From positions 7,998,001 to 8,062,000 of the forward strand of contig NC_047019.1 in assembly GCF_902652985.1 (NCBI RefSeq): a stretch of 64,000 nt of DNA. Reading direction: 5' to 3'. The notes beneath the pieces were generated by a model. The model had not been told where the DNA came from and searched no databases. It saw only the letters and a list, made by a program, of their open reading frames with translations. The DNA is from Pecten maximus (Eukaryota). The translations under genes were made by a program, and so were the position numbers. The number at the start of each line of letters is the position of its first letter. Within the stretch, counting starts at the first letter, position 1. This document shows, piece by piece, positions 1 through 12,396 of this stretch.

Positions 1-1589
1 ATTACAGGTTCTAGGTAATATGCCATAAAATTGGATCTTGTCGCGTATAAAAAAAACAAAGCACGCGTGTTTTTTTTTTCCTTTAACAAAACGACAACAT
101 TTAATTTACAAGATGGCGAACTAATATTGGGAATAGTCTTCTGGAGCGAATACACAGATAGGTTATCTTTTACAGACAACTGATAGGGACGAACATGTAT
201 GTCGAACGCACTCGAGATGGGAGCATGTCGAACGCACCGCAGACGTATCTATTGAATTTGTGCAGGAAGCGATGCAGAACATGCACAGATAGCATATATA
301 TGTATATGTATTTGTGTGTGTTTGCGTTGTAAAGGCAAGGAAATACACTTAGAAGAAACCCGTAGACTCAAGAAATGTCCGGAATTTAATTTGTAACGTA
401 ATACCCATCTTAGATCTCTTTGGCAGTTTTTATAGAGAACCCTCAAAAGAGGAACATGACAAAAGAAATATCAGTACTCGAGTGACGTCTATATGAATCC
501 CTACGGGTGAAAAAAGAGCTCTTTTCTGTTCTTCTTGAGCAGACGACAGAACCAAGGAAAGGTTAGATAAAATTACGTAATCGCGTTACCAATGAAGCGA
601 GACATTCCTTTAGAATAACGAGAATATAGAAATAACTTTAGAATTATTTGTTACTTTACCAATTTAAAATTTAAATTCAAATTCTTGGAAGGCGTGACGC
701 AAGCAGGCATGTATGGTTCTTATATGAACTGTTGTTCCGCCTGAACCAAGTCCGTCATGAAGATGTGTTTCTGAAGATTGTAGCTATTTTCTTGAATAAG
801 GTAGTGGGTACATGTGGAATAGATACTTTCTATATACGAGAATAAAGAGTAAAGTTTTAAAAACAAAAACCAAACCAAAACCAAAGCCAAAAACAAACAA
901 AAATATACACTCCGACTGTCGTTCGAGTGCCATTGTACTCTCGTTTGCCATCAAGCCTATACAATAACATCATTTTTCAGGTTGCCAAAACTTAAAATTT
1001 AATTTGATATAAATTTCACATCCTTTGAACTTCGAATGAGCTACCGAGGGGATGGAGTCACTAGTAATATTATAAAGTAAAATATTTTGTTGTGCAGGTC
1101 CTTACACGTACATATCCGGAACTGCATTGTATGAATTGAACCTGAAAATGTAACCAAACTTACCAAGTACATGTATGGGTACCTAGGGGGCTGTAGCCAA
1201 ATGTACATGATTAGATACCTAAGGTATGGAGAATGTGCCCACATATCCCCTTAATTGTTTATATATCTAACACATGTACGTTATCTTTAGTCTAACGCCG
1301 ATACAGACGAGGGAGTTAGGTATGCTGAAGATTTACCGGGAAATCTCCGGCTTAAACTCACTTTCATCTAGATCCGGTGTGATCATCCTTTGTGATCATA
1401 CGAATTGACCCCTCATTCCTTTGAACACACGTTAAGACACTGCTAGTCTGTAGTACTCAGGATCTACGTTTGGTTTACAGGTGAGTTTGATACCCGATTG
1501 TAGCTAACGTTTAATTCATAGCACATGAAATGATATTTTCCAGTATCAAGTTATTTATAGACACTGAAATCTTATGGAAAGAAACAATT

Positions 1590-1755
1590 CAATCGAACAT
1601 GCCTTAATGGACACTTATGACATCACAAACACCTGTCCATAATGAACACTTGTTTTGGCTTCAACAATAATTCTCTGTGAACGTCTAAACAGGGGGATAA
1701 CCTGTCTATAAAGGACTTTGTTTGCTTTAATCGTCGATTTCGACCGGGTTTGGCA
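1590..1755. mobile_element. Decayed MITE-like element (Tc1/mariner-type)
   Basis: Internal repeats CACCTGTCCATAATGAACAC / AACCTGTCTATAAAGGAC and a degenerate right end GACCGGGTTTGGCAG resemble recalled CAGTCAAACCTGTC...GACAGGTTTGACTG MITEs. The TIRs are poorly preserved. Confidence 0.3.
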
Positions 1756-1918
1756 GAAAATGTTATCAAAATAAATCAATAGCGATCATAACTAGCTTTA
1801 TAGAAAGTAAACTGATGTCTGTAAGATCTTGGTATGCAGTTTCGTTGACAAACCGTTTTATAACAAAAATGTAACTCACAATTCAGCATTGTCCACTGAC
1901 ACAAACATAGCTAATTGT

Positions 1919-2116
1919 CACGCGGAGCGGGAGGGTGCACGCGAAGTGGGGGGGGTGCACGCGGATAGGAAGGGGGCGCACGCGAAGTGGGAGGGGTGCA
2001 CGCGGAGAGGGAGTGGTGCACGCGGAGAGGGAGGGGTGCACGCGGAGAGGGAGTGGTGCACGCAGAGAGGGAGGGGTGCACGCGGAGAGGGAGGGGTGCA
2101 CGCGGAGAGGGAGGGA
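1919..2116. repeat. G-rich minisatellite, 20-bp unit (GTGCACGCGGAGAGGGAGGG), ~10 copies
   Basis: Tandem periodicity is directly visible. ORFs 1829-2181 are translations of this array. Confidence 0.95.
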
Positions 2117-2621
2117 GTGTTTGCTTTGGGTTGTTATCGGACCTTCAATATGAAGTTCAGCTGCTGAAACATCACCGTTAAACCATATATCTCCTGTAAA
2201 TATGATACAGAAAAAATTGACAGAAAGACGGAAACAGGTGTCATTGTTTGGTTAAGGTGAGACAGTGTTTGTATCTAATTCATTTATGTTTGTACAGGTA
2301 GATAAAACTGGTATCCTAGGTGGTAGGACGAACTCCAGACAACTCTCACGAGGACAAACGAGCGTGCTAGTAAAAACGCCCATCACTTCAAATGCAGGTT
2401 AAAAGAACGTCCATCGTTTGAGGAAAGACTATATTAAATGTTTACTGTCTTTGTTTTGTCAAACCAACGCTTACATTTCCAAGGCCAAGCAAAAATGAAC
2501 GGATCATCATTCGGAAGACCTCTGGTGTAAAGGTTATTTATATTAAACATTGCTCTGTGACAAATTCAAAATGTCACTTAGGTCAGGGTTATAGAAATAA
2601 AATACCAAAGCATGTAATATC

Positions 2622-3086
2622 TACCGAACAGTGACAGGTATACCGGACATTGTCGAACTATACCGAACAGTGACATATATACCGGACATTGTCGATATAA
2701 ACCGAGCAGTGACAGGTATACCGGACATTGTCGATATATACCGAACAGTGACAGGTACATCGGGCATTTTCGATATAGAACAGTGACAGGTATACCGGAC
2801 ATTGTCGATATATACCGAACAGTGACCGATAAACCGGATAATGTCAATATATACCGAACAGTGACAGATACACCGGACATTGTCGATATATACCGAACAG
2901 TGACAGGTACACCGGACATTGTCGATATATACCGAACAGTGACAGGTACATCGGGCATTGTCGATATAGAACAGTGACAGGTACACCGGACATTGTCGAT
3001 ATATACCGAAAAGTGACCGATAAACCGGATAATGTCAATATATTATATACCGAACAGTGACAGGTATACCGGGCATTGTCGATATA
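2622..3086. repeat. Minisatellite, 39-bp unit (ACCGAACAGTGACAGGTATACCGGACATTGTCGATATAT), ~12 copies
   Basis: Tandem periodicity is directly visible and explains ORFs 2578-3140. Confidence 0.95.
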
Positions 3087-4019
3087 CTCCGAAGAAGAAC
3101 GATACACTACGAACATTACCGATAACAGTTTGTGTATCAATACTAAATGGGGCCCCGTGGAGTAAAAACGATACGTGTTATACGTAAGTGTTGGGTTTGG
3201 TTTGGTATCGGAGTGATTAATTTCTTAAACAAAGGTTAGATCGTGTGTGAAAAACACAGGTGCTGCATTAGACCCGGATTTATAAGGGACGGTCGCTAAG
3301 TTTCAATTTCTGAACTTTGCAATGCTTTAAGAATGGAATATAAAACACACAGCGACACTTCTTTATGGTCAACTGAAATGTCATAATCAATGGTACTCTT
3401 TCCGTTCGTTATCAGTGGTCATATTGACATTCCTCTCGTATTGCGATTCTGACGTCTTTGAAGTAACAATGACGAATGCTATTTACTTTGCAAGCTTCCT
3501 GTCCCTCAGAGACCCCTCATTTCCAGGTGTGACTGGAATTTTAATATTATAGATTAACCAGCGTGAAATAGACAATCATCAACACAGATATTTATTTTAG
3601 CGATTGATGTATATACAAAAAATGTTTTCTAGCATGCGTAACCCCGAACGATGAAGAACCACATTCCGTTTGTCCTATGATGTCCGACCTTAATCGTAGT
3701 CCATGTAAACAAATCATAATGAGATCTATTGATGCTATATTCCATGCTAGAGCTTGTGATTACGTAATCACATTTCAATCAATGAATTTAATCAACGTTT
3801 GATATGCCTATAAAGACATTTTTCTAATTCCTATGAATTCTTATTATTTGTAGAGTTTGATATAAATATATAATTCTGATGCTTTCATTTAAAACACTGT
3901 TTATAGAATCTTATCAATTTGAATTGTATTATATCGTAGTTATCAATAATGAGAGTAAATCGTTAATACGTGGATGCTTTATGTTCCCTTCAATGTATGA
4001 CGTATAAGGATTGTCTGGG

Positions 4020-4300
4020 TTGGGGGGTTTAGAAACTGTCAATGCCTAATGAAGACTTTTTTTTTACAGTCGATGGAGCTGTATAGTGTTGTCCCACTGA
4101 CTTACCACACCTGGACCCGGTAGCATGCTACCCCAACCACTTTCATTCAGATGAACAACAGGTTAATCTGTCCTTAACGTCAACTTCAACGCTGACTGTC
4201 AAATAGGTGTTGGCAAACATATATACAAATTTTATAAAATGTGATTTGTCTCGGTCTGTGGACAGATTCTATATTAATCTTCCTCTCTTGTTATGACGCT
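4020..4300 (-). mobile_element. Old, degenerate SINE (Meta-domain-like)
   Basis: The minus strand reads ...TGGTTGGGGTAGCATGCT...TCAGTGGGACAACACTATA..., resembling the recalled molluscan Meta-SINE core. Heavily diverged. Confidence 0.35.
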
Positions 4301-7300
4301 CAACGGTCAGACTTAAGTTAAGTATTGTCAATTACTGCTACAGCTAAGATCATATAAGAGGAAGGAGTCCTAGTCGAACACTACCAATTCATTTTAGAGG
4401 ACGTCATATAGAAAATAAGAAATATATATTTCTGTGACAACAGCTCATGATCATGCGTATATGATTTCATAAAATGAAATTAACAACTAATGTTAATGTC
4501 AATTATATTGCACTGTAGATAATACAGTTTTTGAGCCTGTGGATTTTTATTTCAAGTGTATTTCTTTTGTAGTCTATATAGACTGCATACGGCGAATGGA
4601 CATTATTTTTAGACACAATGATTACCTATCCATTGTAGTATCAGTTAGGATTGTTTGATAATATATCATGTTTAAGACAATACTTAAAAACCCCCACCAT
4701 CAGACCAAAGACCGACGTAGATAATCGGGTATATATTGTTGTTATATATATATAAACATTGTTTGTTTCTTTGTTTATTCGTCTGATGGGCAGGTTTTAT
4801 TGTCGTAGATTTTGATACGACCAGACAATTAAAATGTTATTGATATTTGAGACCTTTAGGAGTGACTAATAGCCGTGAAGGGCTCTTGAAGAAGATTATT
4901 TATCAAAAGGAGACTACCTGATATCTAAAGACAATCATTCCCAGGTAAAACGGATTAGGGACTATCTAGCGGTGTATTGCCAGTCGTTTCTTTTATATTT
5001 GTATGCGAGTGTCTTTATAGTGATAAAAAATCAATGAAAGGGGGATTTTAAAATTCAACACGGATCGATCATAGCTCTGTGATGTGACATATTTGCTTTC
5101 TCCTACGAATAAAACCCATACTTGGGTTCGCTATATGAACCTAAACCTCCATTCACGGAAATTATTTATCTTAATATCCAAATAGAAAGTTTTTGCAAGA
5201 TAGTTTGCATGTCTTTTCAAATGCAAACATGATTATAGCAAAATTATCATAAATAATCTGAAATTTTTATTTCTAACTTCGTATAAAGGAAAATGTACAA
5301 AAACTGCAAATTTTTTGAAAAATTCTGAAGTTGATTGGATCGTGATACAGATAGGCGAGTGTTTTGTATTAAGGAAGTTTACATTTGACAATATTGTTAG
5401 CCATGGAATATGGGACCATTTTGGTTCGTTTGTTTAGGATAACAGTCAATTTCGAATTTCATTACAATAAAAACCAGAACAAACACTATTGCGTGTTAAT
5501 AAATATTGAAAAGTTTGATTAAGGTAAAGAAAAATGACTGGGAAATGTTTAACAGTTTGTTTGTTATTTACTAATACAACGTTTTCACGATTAAGATAAA
5601 TAAATAAATATGAAAAAAATGAAGTAAACAGAATGTTGAAACGGGACGGAAGACCATGTTTGATTTTGTTTGATATCTCTGAAGAGTAAACACAGAAACA
5701 CGAATCTTCAGTGGTCCACATTAGTCGCCTCCGTAGATAAATTTATTGTCAATTTGTTACCCAAATCTGTATAGGGTGAAAAATACAGCCTGTTTTATTG
5801 TATGCATGATTCATCAAAATATCGAAAGTGCTATTGGTAGACATTGGAAGGACGTCGGAATGATTGAGTTTCAGGGTTTGCCTAAGGGTTAATGTTTGTA
5901 AACAGGGTCCTGTTTCTACTGACAGCGAATGTAAATTGTACTGTAATAATGTTTCTGCCCCTATCCAGATGGTAGTCAGATGTATATTGTATAATAATCC
6001 ATAAATCGCATTTGTCTATTGATCTCTTCTCATTAATATTATACAGTGTCCCTGTCCTCCATTGGCCACGCGTAAATCAAGTATGAATGGCGTTGTACCA
6101 TAGACACAACGGAATGATCACCCTCACCCCGAGTCTTGTACGATTTAAAAAAAAAATGTAATTTAAAACCCAAGAAGAAATACAGTATTCTATATACACT
6201 ATCGTGGGTGTTGAGCCCCTACACAGGAGGAATTCAATTATATATTTTATGAGATTTTCTGCATTGAAAAAGAAGATGGTGCTGACCCTTGGGTTCGGTC
6301 GAGTGAACTTTGCGGTCACAACTACATGTCAAGAAAAATGTCGAAGGAGAACACAGGAAGAGTTGTGGGGACATTCGATGGCAGATCACCATCTAACAGC
6401 TTATATCCAGTCTAGTATATACACATGAATCTGTAATGACATCGCCCCAAATCGTCCATTGAGTGTCATTTTCACAGCGAAGATGAATCCCTGACGAAAG
6501 GTACAAGTCTCGCTTAAATTGCTTTTCACCTATTCACACATATCCTGCTTCAATGCACTGTTCATAGTGACCGCACAATCGAATTTGACAACCTTAAATT
6601 AGCCATAATCTTCATATTTCAATTTCTTCTTTGATGTACACCACCACAAAATTAGATTCAGCGCTCTCACAATGTACATTGAATACAATTTTAGATGACT
6701 ACCATGTGGTATACCAACACGAAAAAGTAATCTTAAACATGTTTCATCCATAGCTTTATAAATGCAACTCAGAACACGGTACAGAATGTTCAAACACACA
6801 CAAACATGTTATATATATATATACATTTAAACATAATAGGTCTAGATGCCCCTCCCACGTGTTGCCAAGGCGACGAATTCCGCGTCGTTAACTGACTTTT
6901 CCTGTTAAGATTTATGCGAATAGGTGCAATTTTAATCTCTCTCCATAGAACTACTTGCATATAAATCTGCAAACAACTTTGTATTTTGTGTTCCCGACAC
7001 TACTATTAAATGGTCGTATAAAAACCAAAGGTCAAAGGGCACGTGAATAATAACACCATGCGGGTAAATAAATTACACCTTTACATCAACACTAGCCACG
7101 GAGATAGCGGCCATTATCTCGCTAGGCCGCGGTCTGAAATGCCGGAGAAAAACACCATTTCAAAGGAACAGGGTACTAAATTTATAGTCTTGTACAAACT
7201 GCTTAATCGTAAAGTTTACCACAATGCTTCCATTGCACGTAACCGGATTAGCCAATATGAAATGCTGTTTATAGCTTATTTCGACTTAATAGTGATTTAT

Positions 7301-8347
7301 CTACGTTTTGCTCCCAAACATTTCCGCTTGATGAACAATATAAAGACTTAATATTTTTTAGTTATTTTTGATCTCTTGCTAACGACTATTTTATTAGAAC
7401 CCAGAAATGTCCTGAAAGATCGATAAGAATTGTTGAGAAATGCTGTTCCTCCTACCATTCTTCATGTCCAATGATACCAGTGATGTCAGATTTGAACAAA
7501 ATACGGCGTTACAACAATTTTCAAGTAGACACGAGTTATGTGAAAGAATTAACATTAATAACATGCTAGTATTCATATCAGTCTACTTTGAAATGATGCA
7601 ATCACTTGTTGATTTCTATGTATGTTACACCCAACATGAATCATTTCGAAATTTACCAAAAAAGATGCACCGAATTCAAAGTAATCACTACAGCAATACT
7701 GCTATTTGAGAATTCCTAAAACTCATCCATGGGGCTGTTAATATCAGAACAACTAACGAGATCACTCGCCGAGTTTGGTTTCATCATTGATGATTCTATA
7801 GAATTAGCCATACATAAATGTAAAAATGTTATACTTTTCTTTGTGGCTCGTTGATGTTTGAAGTCATTGAAAGTCAATGACTATATGATGATGTTGCAAT
7901 CAAATCTTTTAAGGGATGCGAATTCATAATTAGCGAAGACTTTCCGTAGAGCTCTTGGATTTTATATCTCATTAACTGTTTATATATGTTAATATATATA
8001 TATCCATAACTTATCTAATTCACACATATTTTAAGAGTTTAATTACAAAAATGAAATACATGTACATATTTCCAATGAATTACATGCTAATCAAATAGAT
8101 TACATCGATGACATGAACTAAAGTAATTTACCTCTGAAATTGACTTTTCTTGGTAAATATAATGTATGAACACAACTGTCATACAGTGCTTTCTGCCATT
8201 CAAATAATTCATAGTAAAAACGACCAACATCCCAGTGTTTTTCGCAAGGATATCTTATATCAGAGCTTAAAAAACCGCTATTCAATATTGAAGAAGCACG
8301 TTTTATAAACAATCACAATAAACTTCAATGATAACAAAAATACTCAC

Positions 8348-8662
8348 CATCGAAATAAACATCCAAACTTCATTACAGCGAGCAATCCACATAGTAGTCA
8401 CAACAACTATTTCACCTTTTAGATATACAGTATTTACTTATTTGAAACCCAATGATGATAAAAACTGCTATATATGATTTCAGGTTTCCAGAAAGGCCAT
8501 ATTTCATAGTTAGACACCTGTACGTGGAATGCCATACCAGACAAGTTGGTTTGTTTACATCATTGCATCCATCTATCACCACAGGTAAACAAATTGGTTT
8601 TGATGACAGGTAACGTTTTACACGTCTAAAGCTATATATCACCTATGATTGACACCTAGACT
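8348..8662 (-). other. Candidate first exon of a minus-strand transcript
   Basis: Donor ATG|GTGAGT at 8348/8347, Inr-like TCAGTC near 8664-8659, and CAGGTR motifs in and around the exon. A short frame MWIARCNEVWMFISM runs into the donor. Confidence 0.35.
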
Positions 8663-11600
8663 GACCCACGGGTACCCGCTGTCCATACCATACCCGGAGG
8701 CCTTTATCACCTGCCCGTCATAATATGTTGCATACCATACCGTTATCCGTAATGTAAATAATATTTATCCTATAATCAGTGCTCGTAATACACTACATAA
8801 TCTACATGTCATACTTAACCATCAAATGTTTCCTTGATTGTTTAAAAAAATATATGCATTTGTATGATTCATGCCAAGAAGACATTCATATACCAGGTAG
8901 GGCGGCATTACGACTTCTATGTCTGTGCCTCCATTTAATGAACACAATATTTAGAAGACTTCTTTTTTGTTATCGAATTGTACTCTTTTTAATATGCCAA
9001 TAAAGATTGTTTAATTGAAATAAAAGCATTATATATGTTACTAATTAATATACCTTTCTACGTTATTCATGGCATTACCTATTTACCAAACTGTTTATTT
9101 ACCATCTAGATATCTAGGTCAATACACTTATATGAGTTTTTAATTGTTTTCCAACCAGTTTCTTTACTTGCATCTACACATTGACTTTTAATAAATATGA
9201 ATGTTCATCTTTGTTCTTTGGTGATACACATGAAGTATAATTTCAGCTGATTGAAGTCATCGTTTTTAAAAGTGACACATAAGTCATTATGCATACCTGA
9301 AATGATTAATACTTTTATATGTACGATGAATTATTATCAATTCATATGTAGAAAACGATTATTATAGAAAAATAAATCCAACGGCACCAGTCTGACATAT
9401 ATCTCATAAAGAACAGTGCTATAAAGAGATCACGTTCCTTTGTTCTTGGTCAAGTAATACACAGCCAGTTAAGAATCTGTTGCATATTTCGATATTTATT
9501 CTTTTTCTTTTCAGAATTGTGGTATATCATAAAGAGTGCCAATTTCATAAAACTAATGAAGGATGTACATTGCATTCCTGAAATTGTCTTTTTACTTTGC
9601 ATGTTTTTATTATACATAAATGTGCTTAAAGATTTAGCAGATTTCAGTTTATTCATAATAAGTACCAAGTTCTAGTAAAGGATAATTAAAATATTTAAGA
9701 AAAATCTGAGAAATGAGAGAATAATATTTGCACAGTCATATATACACTTTTATCTTCACTCGTAGAACACTCTCAGTTAGATGCTATATACAATTCAAAA
9801 TAAAGTAATTGTTCTCAATATTTTGCATAATGAACATTATTTTAAAATAGATACACGAAATTTTTAAACTACTATTAAATCTATGAATGTATTTACATAC
9901 TTGATAATGATAGTTAGTGGGTGCACGTGTCAAGAAGAAAATCGATATGTTAGCAGGTAAGATGAATAGCGTTAACATTAATTTTGTATAAAATATGGAT
10001 AATGTTATAGCTATCGATATATGTACATATATAAGAATGATTAACGGTAACACACGGAATGCCTCACCTTCGAGTCATAGTCGATACCGACACTGCAGGC
10101 TTTTTTTTAGCCACACATAAACGTCTAGTTCATATTATGCCCGATCTTCAGGCTTTCAGCCGTTATATCAAAGTTTGGTTTCTCAACCTCTTTCTCAAAA
10201 TGCATATTGACTAGCAAGTTTGTTTCAGAGCTGACTGGTTTAGTATTCCAGCCCCGATTTATAGTTTTGCTTTCGTTTAAAGTATGGTTGAATATTGTAT
10301 AGATTGATGTATGTCGAGGCTGAGTTAATGTTAACATCTTTCTCGTAATCAAAGTGCAAATCTTTAGATTAATGTATAAGTATATATAGATAATGTCTTT
10401 TATGATTTACTGAGATGTAAAAATGGATATCCAAGTTTAAGGATGTGGTTGCATTTCAGATATTTATCATACTATACACTTTAATTTGTAGAACGTGACG
10501 GGAAGTTCGCTAGCACACATCTACAATATATAATTTATCAAATTCGTTAAGCAATATCGTCATAGACTATGTATTTTGACATCAGACAAATGGTATTAAT
10601 GATGAAAATGCACTTTGTATAAAATGAGTTTAAGATGTAGATCAGATGAGAACACATCTTTAATTAGCTTAATATGCAAATACATGGTACATTCCATACC
10701 GATGTATTTACTTGATAATTATGCAATACTTTGAGTTGATTTCAATTTCATGAGAATTAGCAAACCTATATATTATACTGAATTATATTGCCATTGTTGA
10801 ATACCTATACGGTATATACGTAAAGATCTATTATCAAAAGACATCAGGGTCGAGAGTAAAGCTGTTGCACCAAATATGATATTCAATATTATGAACTGTA
10901 TTTTGCATTTCAGAGTATTGTTTGTAATGATCGTTGTCGCACGTGCCGTATAATTATCTGTATTTTTATGTAAATACAACCTACACAACATGCCTATAAA
11001 ACACCTTCCACTGACATGGTCGGTAAAATCAGCGTTTGCTTTTTCGGTCACAGATTGTGGTATGTCAACTCTTCAGATTGGGTTTATAGAATTTAATTGA
11101 ATGTTTTTACAATAAACCTTAATTTTCTTCGTAAAAAGTAACCGTTCACTATTTATTGACTCTAAGCATAGATGAACAATGCATAGCCTTTTTGTCGAAA
11201 TACAAGTTTCTATAGGCATTGTTTGCTTGAACCGGGGGTCTCCAATACTGTTTTGAAATTTCGACGTTATGTCAATATTAACTACAATTTAGTTTTCCCG
11301 AGACGAGGAAAAAAGCTCAACTTCATGGAAGGTAATCATGACAGTAGTTTATACAATAACCTACCTAGAATGTGGATAAATATTTTCCTTTGCGCATACG
11401 TGAATTGGTTTTTATTAGCCTGTCGTTTACATAGTGCCAACATTGACCTCATCACCCTCTCCCCACCCCTTGTCTTGTGTAACTGTTTGGTTTTCATTGA
11501 TAATTGCGGTAGTTTGTATTTTCTTATATTATATAAATCGGAAGCCTACAATTGTGTAGGAGCGGTTTTTGTCACCAGAATATACTGTAAATTTGTAAAT

Positions 11601-12042
11601 AAAGACATGTTTAGTAAAATCAAAACTCGTCAGCAATTTCAGCATTTTATATAAAACGATTTCAAAAGAAGCTAAAATTTCCCAATAACAATTCCTTTTC
11701 TTTCGCCAGTTAAACACTTTTTTATTGTAACCATACATTTATTATGATTGTTGGTTTAGAACGATGAATTATGGCTAAGCAAGCAAGCTCTGCACATGGA
11801 ATCTGAACTTATATACAAATTATATATCTGTTAAGTAAACGTATATATTTAGTTAAGGCCTAGCATGTCTGATAATAAACATATACATAAAGATGTTATA
11901 ATGAAACCATGGTCCAAGAAGTGTGACCAATTTTCGAAGTAGTCCTCCCCTTTCTGAAAGCAAGAATATATCCGAATATAAACTGCCTTGCATAAAACAT
12001 TTAGAAAATGAAGTTGGACTACCCCTCTCTTTCTCTGTTCAT

Positions 12043-12396
12043 AAATAAACACGAAATAATCAATAATACTTTATAGCAAGTGCTTCGAAAAGCCATTATC
12101 TCTTTTTAAAGAGAATTATGTTAAAGCATATTTCTACAACTGTTTGAAAACTAAGGAGTAAATAAAATAAATAATCTGTATTCAGAATGTCTACCGAGAT
12201 AACATATTAGATTGTATTCAAAACGTAAATAAACATGAAAAAAGCAATAAAACTTTATAGCAAATGCTTGGAAAAAACATTATCTCATTTTTAAGAGAGT
12301 TATGTTAAAGTATATTTCTACGACTGTCTTAAAACTGAGGAGTACATGAAATAAACAATCTAGAGTGTCTACTGAGATAAAACTATTCGACTGTAT
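12043..12396. repeat. Diverged tandem duplication, ~184-bp unit x2
   Basis: ACTTTATAGCAA(G/A)TGCTT...TTATGTTAAAG(C/T)ATATTTCTAC...GTCTAC(C/T)GAGATAA occurs at ~12068 and ~12252. Confidence 0.9.

Noticed and set aside
1045-1141. Minus-strand exon MQFRICTCKDLHNKIFYFIILLVTPSP
   Set aside because: The donor is weak (GTAGCT) and its acceptor lies only 22 nt from a stronger donor at 1163.
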